The position numbers and the translations under genes were made by a program. A DNA stretch of 64,000 nt from Myxococcota bacterium (lineage in GTDB: Bacteria; Myxococcota_A; Polyangia; Nannocystales; Nannocystaceae), in assembly GCA_039028615.1 (NCBI GenBank), contig JBCCHT010000003.1:160001-224000 (forward strand), given 5' to 3'. The notes under the pieces were generated by a model. That model searched no databases and was not told the DNA's origin. It saw only the letters and a list, made by a program, of their open reading frames with translations. This document shows, piece after piece, positions 46,008 to 54,265 of the stretch (its first letter is position 1; each line of letters begins with the position of its first letter).

Positions 46008-46687
46008 CGGCGGACCGCCCACAGGTAGCCCGTGCCTCGAACGGAGCGCAGCCAGGCGCTCGCGGCCTCGCCGAGCTTCTTGCGGACCCGAGACACCCGC
46101 AGGTCGATGGAGCGATCGATGCCGTCGTAGGGCACGCCGCGGAGCTGCTGGTGGAGCTGCTCGCGGGTGACCACTTCACCCGCTCGGGACGCCAGGGTCC
46201 ACACGAGCTCGAACTCGGCCGTGGTGAGCTGACGATCGATGCCGCCGATGGTCAGCTCGTGGCGCCCCGCGTCGATGACGATGTCCTCGAAGGTGAGGCG
46301 CTGCGCCTGCCCGGCCGGGGTCTGGGTGCGGCGCAGCGCGGTGCGGATGCGGGCCACCAAGACCCGTGGATCGACCGGCTTTTTGATGTAGTCGTCGGCG
46401 CCCGCTTCGAGGCCCACGATCTCGTCGACATCGTCGACCCGGGCGGTGAGCATGAGGATCGGCCCGCGAAAGTCGGGTCGTACGCGGCGGCAGACCTCGA
46501 GCCCGTCGAGGCCCGGCAGCATGAGGTCGAGCAGCACCAGGTCCGGTGCATCGCGGGTGATGGCCTCCGCGCCGCGTAGCCCGTCCGACTCGTGCCGCAC
46601 CCCGAACCCGTGGCGCTGCAGGTAGTCGACGAGCAGCGTCGCCAGGTTCTCGTCGTCCTCGACGAGCAACACCATGGTGGGAGCCAT
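46004..46687 (-). CDS. OmpR-family response regulator (RstA-like)
   Basis: VEDD, LDLMLPG, GADDYIKKP, winged helix DRSIDLRVSRVRKKL; ATG 46687. Confidence 0.92.
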   Translation of the reverse strand: MAPTMVLLVEDDENLATLLVDYLQRHGFGVRHESDGLRGAEAITRDAPDLVLLDLMLPGLDGLEVCRRVRPDFRGPILMLTARVDDVDEIVGLEAGADDYIKKPVDPRVLVARIRTALRRTQTPAGQAQRLTFEDIVIDAGRHELTIGGIDRQLTTAEFELVWTLASRAGEVVTREQLHQQLRGVPYDGIDRSIDLRVSRVRKKLGEAASAWLRSVRGTGYLWAVRR

Positions 46688-46752
46688 CGTCTCCACGATA
46701 GCGTGTCGCTGGGGCGTGCGAAGGGGGAGATACGAACGGATACGAAGTCGGC

Positions 46753-48273
46753 TCAGATGCCGCGACCTCGCCGGATCGGGGCGCGCGCGGTGGCGACCCG
46801 TGCTGGCGTTCGGTCGCCGCGGGGAGTGACGGCGGCGCGGCGTCGCGCCCTCGAGCCGGGCACGGTTGCGGTGGGGTCGATCCGCTGCGCCTCGCGGAGT
46901 CCCGAGCGGAACGCACCGTGGACGGTCGCCGGCGAGGCTGCATCGGTGGCTTCGCCGGCAAAGAGGACCCGCCCGTCGACCGGCTCGGCGAGGACGCCGA
47001 CGTCTCGTGGTTGTTGCCCGAGCTTGGCGTAGCTGTAGCTCCCGCGGGCAAAGGGGTCCGAGCTCCAGCGCGTGACCACGCTGTCGGTGGGCGCGGGCAG
47101 CTGTACCCCGGCCGCCTCGCTCAGCACGGCCAGCGCCCGCTCGACGAGCTGCGCGTCGGTCATGGTGTCTTGAGCGACCTGCGCCCAACGTCCCGAGTAC
47201 AGGCACGCCAACGTCGGCACTCCGGTCGGCGCCGACATGTCGAACCAGGACGAAAACCGCCGCGCCCCACCCGTGCCCGCGTAGTAGAGCAGGTCGAACG
47301 ACTCGTCGCCCCACCACGGCTCGTCCCAGGCGAGCACGATCTTCTCGAAGGAGCCGAAGCCCGTGCGGGCGATCGCGTCCCGCTTGGCCGGCGGCAGCGG
47401 GGGCTCGAACTCGATGCTCCCGGCCTGCAGTACCCCGAGCGGCACCGTGACGATGACGTGAGAGCCCACCACGGTCTCGCCTTCGAGCTGGACCTCCACG
47501 CCATCCTCGGCGCGGCGAATCGCCCGTACGGGAGCGCCCGTGCGGATCTCGAGCCCGGCGGCGAGCCGCTCCACTACCACCCCGTAGCCTCCTTCGATCA
47601 CCTCGTCGCCGCCGCGGGTGGGGTCTTCTTCCGAGTGAATCCATAGCCATGGCGACAGCTCGTCGATCGGCCCCGACGACGCACTGAGCACCAGCTCGAG
47701 CACGAAGCGGGCGCGCTCCCGGGCCGCGCCGCTCACCGATCGCGTGTCGAGGTACGCTTCGATGAGGTCGCTGGCGCTGGCTTCCGGGTCGTTGGCGATC
47801 TCCAGGGACCACGCATCCCGCTCGAAGCGCTCGACCGTTCTCAGCAACGCGAGCAGCTCGTCGTCGTCCACCGAGCGCCCGTCGATCGCGTCATAGATCC
47901 AGCCCGGGTCGAGATCGTGGGGCGTGCGACGTAGACCGATCGCGTCGGCATAGTCCGCGACCGGGTTGTTGGTCGCACCGTGGATCCACGCCCCGCCCAG
48001 GTCGGCTCGGCCTCCGCCGAAGTTCGCGGTGAAGGTGCGCCCACCCAAGCGATCACGACCCTCGACGACGACCACCTTCCAGCCCGCGTCGTGCAGCGCG
48101 CGGGCGGCGGTCAGACCGGCCATGCCCGCGCCCACCACGATGATCGACTCATGGGCACTCGGCGGCTCTGCGCCCCCGAGGGGCTCCGGTTGCCGACATC
48201 CACCGAGGGCGGCTGCACCCGCGGCCCAGGCGACCGTCTTGCCGAACAATGCGATGAAATCTCGACGCTCCAC
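46753..48273 (-). CDS. Flavin monoamine/polyamine oxidase family, Tat lipoprotein
   Basis: ERRDFI twin-Arg plus LGGC lipobox; GAGMAG, RLGGR, DLGGAWIHG, GSYS, FAGEAT, TVHGA. Confidence 0.88.
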   Translation of the reverse strand: MERRDFIALFGKTVAWAAGAAALGGCRQPEPLGGAEPPSAHESIIVVGAGMAGLTAARALHDAGWKVVVVEGRDRLGGRTFTANFGGGRADLGGAWIHGATNNPVADYADAIGLRRTPHDLDPGWIYDAIDGRSVDDDELLALLRTVERFERDAWSLEIANDPEASASDLIEAYLDTRSVSGAARERARFVLELVLSASSGPIDELSPWLWIHSEEDPTRGGDEVIEGGYGVVVERLAAGLEIRTGAPVRAIRRAEDGVEVQLEGETVVGSHVIVTVPLGVLQAGSIEFEPPLPPAKRDAIARTGFGSFEKIVLAWDEPWWGDESFDLLYYAGTGGARRFSSWFDMSAPTGVPTLACLYSGRWAQVAQDTMTDAQLVERALAVLSEAAGVQLPAPTDSVVTRWSSDPFARGSYSYAKLGQQPRDVGVLAEPVDGRVLFAGEATDAASPATVHGAFRSGLREAQRIDPTATVPGSRARRRAAVTPRGDRTPARVATARAPIRRGRGI

Positions 48274-48350
48274 GCCTACACCGTGAACGACCCCGACCGA
48301 TCGCCCAGGCGAGTCGTGTCGTCGTTTCGTGTCGGAGTGTATCCGCGGCC

Positions 48351-49895
48351 CTAGGGCGTCGCGACCGGGGCGTCCTGCTGTCCGCGGCCGGCCAGCGGCG
48401 GCAGGGTGCTGCAGAACAGCTCTTCTTCGTAGAAGTAGCCGACGAACTCGACCGCGCTGCTGCCCACGTCGACGAGCATGAGGGCCAGCGGGAGCGGAGA
48501 GAAGCCGCCGTTGCACTGGGCCTTTTGGTCGATGGTGCGTGAGAGCTCGCCGAGCTGGGCCTTGGCCACGGCGGCGTTGCTCTGGCGACCGGGCTCGTAG
48601 CGCGACAGTTGCTTGAGGGCGCCGCGATCGTCGGTGCGGAAGGAGCCGGGCTCGGTGGCCCAGGTGCCGGGCGACTCGTTGGCGCTCGGCTGGCGCAGCT
48701 GCTCGACGACGCCCGCGACCATGGAGCGAACCGCGGTCAGGTCCTGCTCGGCGTAGCGGCGCCGCGAGGGCTGACAGACGGACTCGAGCGCGCCCCCGAG
48801 GGCGGACAGGGCCCCGGCTCGGGCGGCGAGATCGAGCCACTGCGGGTCGAGGTGGCCGCTGGCGGCCGCGACCGCGCGAGCGCCCGCGTCGGCGAGCTCG
48901 GCCGGATAGTCGCGACCGAGGTCGGAGGCGCAGGAGGACGGGATGTGCACGGCGGGCTCGACCACGCCGATGCGCAGGCCATCGGCCATGTGCAGCTGGG
49001 GCGAGGGGCACGCGCCGCCCGGCTCGGTGCAGGACTCGACGGTCGCGAGGTACTCCCACGCCTTGTTGCCGCACTCGTATTGATCCCACGCGGCACCGCT
49101 GCCGAAGTCGGCGCGTTGCTTGGGCTCCCGGAAGGCGCGCAGCTCCTGTCGCCAGCCCCGGAACGAGCGCTCGAGCTCGGCGCGATAGGCATTGGCGAGC
49201 AGGCTGTCGGCGTGGCTGACGAAGGGCGCGAGCTTGGCCTCGGAGGCGGTCAGGCCCTCGTCGATGGAGGTCATCAGGGGCTCGCAGCTGCCGACCGAAA
49301 ACCTCCGCAGGTCCGCCCAGGTGCGGCGATCGAGCGAGGGCTCGGTGAGCACCATGATCGCGTCGGCCCCCAGCATGGCCTCGTCTTTTCTGGCCCACTG
49401 GGTGTTGAGGGTCGTGTCTTGGACGGAGTAGGTCGGGCGTCCGAAGACGTCGCGGGACCCGTCGGGCACGACCCGCTGGTACATCGGAAGCTCGCCGCGC
49501 TCGGTGAGCAGCGCGTCGAGCATCTTGCCGCCGCGCGCGACGACCTTGGTCTCCGGGCTGAGGGCGGTGACCAGGTCAACGCCGCGTTTTTCCCACATCG
49601 CGCCGCGCATCGAAGCGCCGAACATGAGGGCGACGGCGGGGCGACCCTGGAGCTGCTGGGCGAGCGCATCGACGTCCCCGGCGACCTGCATGGGCGGGGT
49701 CCAGTCGGTGGGCGTCGGGGGCACGGGCAGCGTGGCGTCGGCCAGGGCGGGAGCGGGAGGAACGTCGCCGAGCTCCACCGGGGCGAGCGTCTGGGAGCCG
49801 GGCCCGGCGGCGGGCGTGCAGGCCGAGGTCATCGCGGCCAGCGGCGCGGTGATGGCGAGACCGAGCAGGGCACGATGACGACGTTCGATCGACAT
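48351..49895 (-). CDS. Hypothetical lipoprotein
   Basis: MTSAC lipobox; 514-aa ORF filling the gap. Confidence 0.72.
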   Translation of the reverse strand: MSIERRHRALLGLAITAPLAAMTSACTPAAGPGSQTLAPVELGDVPPAPALADATLPVPPTPTDWTPPMQVAGDVDALAQQLQGRPAVALMFGASMRGAMWEKRGVDLVTALSPETKVVARGGKMLDALLTERGELPMYQRVVPDGSRDVFGRPTYSVQDTTLNTQWARKDEAMLGADAIMVLTEPSLDRRTWADLRRFSVGSCEPLMTSIDEGLTASEAKLAPFVSHADSLLANAYRAELERSFRGWRQELRAFREPKQRADFGSGAAWDQYECGNKAWEYLATVESCTEPGGACPSPQLHMADGLRIGVVEPAVHIPSSCASDLGRDYPAELADAGARAVAAASGHLDPQWLDLAARAGALSALGGALESVCQPSRRRYAEQDLTAVRSMVAGVVEQLRQPSANESPGTWATEPGSFRTDDRGALKQLSRYEPGRQSNAAVAKAQLGELSRTIDQKAQCNGGFSPLPLALMLVDVGSSAVEFVGYFYEEELFCSTLPPLAGRGQQDAPVATP

Positions 49896-50016
49896 GCGGC
49901 GAGCCTAGGCGCGTGAATCCGCGACCGTCAATGGCTCGGGGGTGCCGGGGGGCGGGGAGTGGTCGAGCCCACGGGCCGATGCACCGATTCGTGCCGAGCG
50001 TGCGCCTTCGCGCCCT

Positions 50017-50673
50017 CTACCCGCGCCCGCTCGGCCGGGCGAACCACGTCGACCACGTGATCGCGACCATGATGCCCACGAAGCCGCCGAAGTCCCGCGT
50101 GGAGGTGAACGCCGCCAGCGCGGCGACGATCTGCAGCGGCACCAGCCAACGCGTGGGGATGGGCAGCCCGAACAGGAAGGGCGTGTGCGCGACGGTCGAG
50201 TGCCGGTTGCGGGCGGCGAAGGCCGGCAGGGCGAGGGCGAGGACGACGGCTTGGCCCTGCATCATCCAAAACGGGTACGCGCTGCTCGGGCCGCCGACGG
50301 ACTCGGTGATCGCGTGGGCGAACAGGGCCGACGCCCCGGCCACCACGATGCCCCCGAGCATCAGCACTCGCGTGGCGCGTTCGCCCAGCAGCGTCACGAC
50401 TTCCATCACGGACCAGTAGACCAGCACGAGCTGAAAGACCGACCACATCGACAAGGGGCCGGAGCCGACCAGGCCATAGGTGACCACGCGCCACACCTGG
50501 CCGCTGCGCCATGCCTCGGTGGAGAGTCGAAGCCGGGCGATCAGCGGCTCGAGCTCGAAGAGCGAGTCGGCCAAGACCCCCGCGGCCAGGGTCGCCATGA
50601 GCACGATGACCGAGGGCGGGGGGTTGCCTCGCGCACCCGCGATGAACTCCCGCCACGGATCGCGATTGAACAC
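50017..50673 (-). CDS. Rhomboid-superfamily-like membrane protein
   Basis: GQVWRVVTY (WR motif), several TM helices, no GxSG catalytic motif seen. Confidence 0.6.
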   Translation of the reverse strand: MFNRDPWREFIAGARGNPPPSVIVLMATLAAGVLADSLFELEPLIARLRLSTEAWRSGQVWRVVTYGLVGSGPLSMWSVFQLVLVYWSVMEVVTLLGERATRVLMLGGIVVAGASALFAHAITESVGGPSSAYPFWMMQGQAVVLALALPAFAARNRHSTVAHTPFLFGLPIPTRWLVPLQIVAALAAFTSTRDFGGFVGIMVAITWSTWFARPSGRG

Positions 50674-50870
50674 ACCCCGATGGTAGCCCCCGCCGACCGA
50701 CGTGACGGGGGCTCACGGAGGGCGCGGCCCAATGCCAACGAAATCAAATGCTTGAACCGACGGGCGGTGCTCGTCGATTGTTGCTCTGGCCGCACAGGTC
50801 CATCCCAGCGCGCGTGCCTTGTAACCGGTTGAGAAGGATCCATGGTCTGTGGGCCACCAGGAGAACCGCA

Positions 50871-51515
50871 ATGTCCAATCCCGAGTCCTCGAAGACCATC
50901 CTCTACTACCGTCCCGGCGCGTGCGCGCTCGCTCCGCATATCGCGCTCCACTGGACGGGGCTCGAGCACGAAGCTCGCGTGGGCAAGCGAGACGACCCCG
51001 AGTTCCTGGCCGTGAGCCCGCGCGCGGTCGTGCCTGCCCTCGTCACCCCCGACGGCACGATCCTCAACCAGGCCGGCGCATTGCTGGCCCACATTGCGCG
51101 ACAAGCCGACCGTCCCGACCTCCTGGGCGCGGGCGTTGCTCATGGCGAGTCCATCGTCGGCATGTGGAGCAACTTCTTCGGCTGCGATTTCCACCCCGCG
51201 TTCTGGCCTTACTTCGCGGCCCCGCGCTTCACCGTGTCGGAGTCGGAGCAGGCTCGCGCCGACGTCAAGGCGGCCGGCGTGCTGCAGGTGAAGCAACTGC
51301 TGAAGCGGCTCGACGCGCACCTCGAAGGGCGCACGTTCTTCGTGGGCGAGAGCAAGACCGTCGTCGATGCCTACGCGGTGCCGATGGTCCGCTGGTCCAA
51401 GAACATCACCGCGATCGGGCTCGACGAGTTCCCGCATGTCCGCGCGTGGTACGACAACATCGTCACCGACGAGGGCGTGAAAGCGGCGATGGCCGTGCAG
51501 GGCATCGAGCACTAG
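50871..51515 (+). CDS. Glutathione S-transferase (beta-class-like)
   Basis: YYRPGACALAPHIAL, VPAL, DFHPAF, TVVDAY; AGGAG RBS. Confidence 0.9.
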   Translation: MSNPESSKTILYYRPGACALAPHIALHWTGLEHEARVGKRDDPEFLAVSPRAVVPALVTPDGTILNQAGALLAHIARQADRPDLLGAGVAHGESIVGMWSNFFGCDFHPAFWPYFAAPRFTVSESEQARADVKAAGVLQVKQLLKRLDAHLEGRTFFVGESKTVVDAYAVPMVRWSKNITAIGLDEFPHVRAWYDNIVTDEGVKAAMAVQGIEH

Positions 51516-51683
51516 CGCTTGCTTCGAGCACGGCCGTCGTTTTGCCCATCGGCGCAGAACTACGGCCTGCTCGCACCGAAACGGCGTGGTGGAGGCGGTC
51601 TGGCAGAACGGACCAACCTTCAATGAAATTCGCTGCTTACAGACCATGGATCGCAGACTGCTAGACTTCGATGCAGCTGCGCG

Positions 51684-53078
51684 ATGCCCGATTCGGACAA
51701 GTCCAAGCCCGGTGCGCCCCAGGTCGTGGGTACGGAGGTCTCCGCCACGTTGCCCGTGTCTCGGTCTGCGTCGCGCCAGGGTCGAACCCTGGTGGTGATC
51801 GCGGGAGACCGGGCCAGCTCGCATCAGCTGCCGGACACCGGTCGTTGCACCGTGGGTCGCGGCGACGAGGTCGACGTGCGCATCGATCATCCATCGGTCT
51901 CGCGAGAGCACGCGTGCCTGCACCTCGGGCGTCGCAAGGAGCTGCACCTCAGCGATACCGGCAGCTCCAACGGGACCCACGTGCGAGGCAAGCGTCTGGG
52001 ATCGGGGGAGCGGGTCAAGCTGGCGGCGGGCGAGACCTTCGAGGTCGGCTCGGTGCTGCTGATGGTGCAGGAGCCCTTCGGGCCCGAGACCGCCCTCGAT
52101 CCCAACCCGGCGGTGATCGACGACCGCGACATCGTGGTGCACGACCGCGCGATGACCAGCCTGTATCAGCTGGCGGAGCGGGTCGCGAAGAGCACGATCA
52201 ACGTGCTGCTGCTCGGTGAGACGGGCGTGGGCAAGGACGTGATGGCGCGCAAGATCCACGCGATGTCACCGCGCGCCGACAAGCCCTTCCTGCCGCTCAA
52301 CTGCGGTGCGCTGGCGGAGCAGCTGCTCGAGAGCGAGCTATTCGGCCACGAAAAAGGAGCGTTCACGGGGGCGGTCGAGGCCAAGCAGGGGCTGCTCGAG
52401 GCGGCCAACCACGGCACGGTGTTCCTCGACGAGGTCGGCGAGCTGCCGATGACCGTACAGGTCAAGCTGCTGCGCGTGCTCGAGGAACGCCAGGTGCGTC
52501 GGGTGGGCGGTCTGCGGGCCAAGGCCTTCGACATTCGCTTCATCGCGGCCACCAACCGCGACCTGGCCCAGGCGATCGAGGAGGGGGGCTTTCGCTCCGA
52601 CCTGTTCTATCGCCTCAATGGCATCTCGCTGGTCATCCCTCCGCTGCGGCAGCGGGTGGGAGAGATCGAGGGGCTGTCGCGGCGCTTCATCACCGAGGCG
52701 TGCGAGCGAGGGGGACGCGACTCGGTGCCGACGCTGTCGCCCGAGGCTTCCGCGTGGCTCGAGCGCAACCCGTGGCCGGGCAACATCCGCGAGCTGGCCA
52801 ACTGCATCGAGCGCGCGGTGCTGCTGTGCTCGGGCGATCAGATCACGCTGGAGCACCTGCCCGCGACCGACGGGCTCGTGTCGGTGGGGGCACCGGGGCC
52901 GACGGCTGCGCCCGCGTCCGCGAGCAAGCCCGAGCACCCCGAGCGCCGACGCATCCTCGAGGCGCTCGAGGAGTGTGCCGGCAACCAGACCCGCGCCGCG
53001 AAGCTGCTGGGGATCTCCCGCAACACGCTGCTGTCGCGGCTCGATCAGTACGACATCCCGCGGCCCCGCAAGCGCTGA
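51684..53078 (+). CDS. FHA-domain sigma54 enhancer-binding protein
   Basis: FHA (GR, SREH, SSNGT), GETGVGK, ESELFGHEKGAFTGA, FLDE, WPGNIREL, Fis HTH. Confidence 0.95.
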   Translation: MPDSDKSKPGAPQVVGTEVSATLPVSRSASRQGRTLVVIAGDRASSHQLPDTGRCTVGRGDEVDVRIDHPSVSREHACLHLGRRKELHLSDTGSSNGTHVRGKRLGSGERVKLAAGETFEVGSVLLMVQEPFGPETALDPNPAVIDDRDIVVHDRAMTSLYQLAERVAKSTINVLLLGETGVGKDVMARKIHAMSPRADKPFLPLNCGALAEQLLESELFGHEKGAFTGAVEAKQGLLEAANHGTVFLDEVGELPMTVQVKLLRVLEERQVRRVGGLRAKAFDIRFIAATNRDLAQAIEEGGFRSDLFYRLNGISLVIPPLRQRVGEIEGLSRRFITEACERGGRDSVPTLSPEASAWLERNPWPGNIRELANCIERAVLLCSGDQITLEHLPATDGLVSVGAPGPTAAPASASKPEHPERRRILEALEECAGNQTRAAKLLGISRNTLLSRLDQYDIPRPRKR

Positions 53079-53102
53079 GCAGGACGGCGGGCGCCCGCGC
53101 GA

Positions 53103-54095
53103 TCAGTCGCAGGGGATGTGCACGTCGATGACCGTGCCCGTGCGGGCCTGGCCGTCGAAGGACGAGAACGCGAACTGGCTGCGCTCGATGCCGCAGTTGC
53201 CCCGCGCGTCGCAGAGTCGCTCCACGCGATGCTCGAGCTCGATCTCGGTCAGCCCGCTGTGCTGAAGCGGCGTCAGCTCCCACGGCGAGGAGGCCCGGTT
53301 GCGGTCGTGGTCGCTCCACAGCAGCAGTGAGCTCCAGGCGGAGTCGGCGGGGGAGATCCGCCCGTCGTGGTTTTCGTCGAGGTCGCGCAGGGCGTCGAAG
53401 CCATCGGTGGGCAGCCGGCCGTCGAGGGTGGGGCTGGCCGAGCCGAACAGCTCGCGGCCGTTCTCGATGCTGCCGCTGTGGTCGAGGTCGATGGCCAGCC
53501 AGGGGGTCTCGGCCCCGGGCCACTCGCGCGCGAGGCAGGCGTTGGAGCCGTCGCTCAGCTCGAAGGCCTCGACGCCCGCGTCGAAGCGGGGCTCCTGGCC
53601 GTCGAAGGACAGCACCAGCGGGGTGAAGCCACACTCTTCCCACACGGGCACGCCGTACTCGAGGCGGCAGCCGAGCTCTTCCTCCCCGAAGCCGCAATCG
53701 TCGAGGTAGGTGTCGCCCAGCTCGCACTCGACCTCGGTCACGCACGGACCCCAGCCGGCTGCGTTGGCCTCGCAGTACTGCACGCCGTACTGCTCGTCGG
53801 CCCAGCAGACCGAGGTGGCGCCATGCTCCTCGCAGGGCCCCTCGAGCTCGGCGACGGGGAGGCGAGGCGGGGGATCGACGTCCTCGCCTCCGTCGCTGCC
53901 CTCTTCCCCTTCGCCGTCCATGCCCTCGGTCTCGGCTTGGTCTTCCTCGGCGTCCTCGCTGCCGTCGCTGTCGGCCTCGTCCGCCTCGGCCATGGCGTCC
54001 TCGGGGAGGTCGTCGGACACGGGCGGGTCGCAGGCGAGAATCGAGGAGATTGCGCAGAGTCCGCAGAAACGAAGGATCGTGGCGTCGAAGGTCAT
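53103..54095 (-). CDS. Acidic lipoprotein with calcium-binding-like domain
   Basis: ILAC lipobox; TPLVLSFDG, DLDHSGSIENGRELFG, LDENHDGRI. Confidence 0.75.
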   Translation of the reverse strand: MTFDATILRFCGLCAISSILACDPPVSDDLPEDAMAEADEADSDGSEDAEEDQAETEGMDGEGEEGSDGGEDVDPPPRLPVAELEGPCEEHGATSVCWADEQYGVQYCEANAAGWGPCVTEVECELGDTYLDDCGFGEEELGCRLEYGVPVWEECGFTPLVLSFDGQEPRFDAGVEAFELSDGSNACLAREWPGAETPWLAIDLDHSGSIENGRELFGSASPTLDGRLPTDGFDALRDLDENHDGRISPADSAWSSLLLWSDHDRNRASSPWELTPLQHSGLTEIELEHRVERLCDARGNCGIERSQFAFSSFDGQARTGTVIDVHIPCD

Positions 54096-54265
54096 GGCGA
54101 GGCTCGGTCATCGGGGAAGTAACCGCGCCCGGAGGATCGATCCTCGACCTCCTTCGATTTGTTCGGGGCCGGCGGAAATGGCGTCGAATCCCGGCTCGGG
54201 GCGTTCCCAGAGGCGGGTTTGACCGGAATTCTAGACGTCCCGCATGCTCGGGAGGGTTGTCGAGC

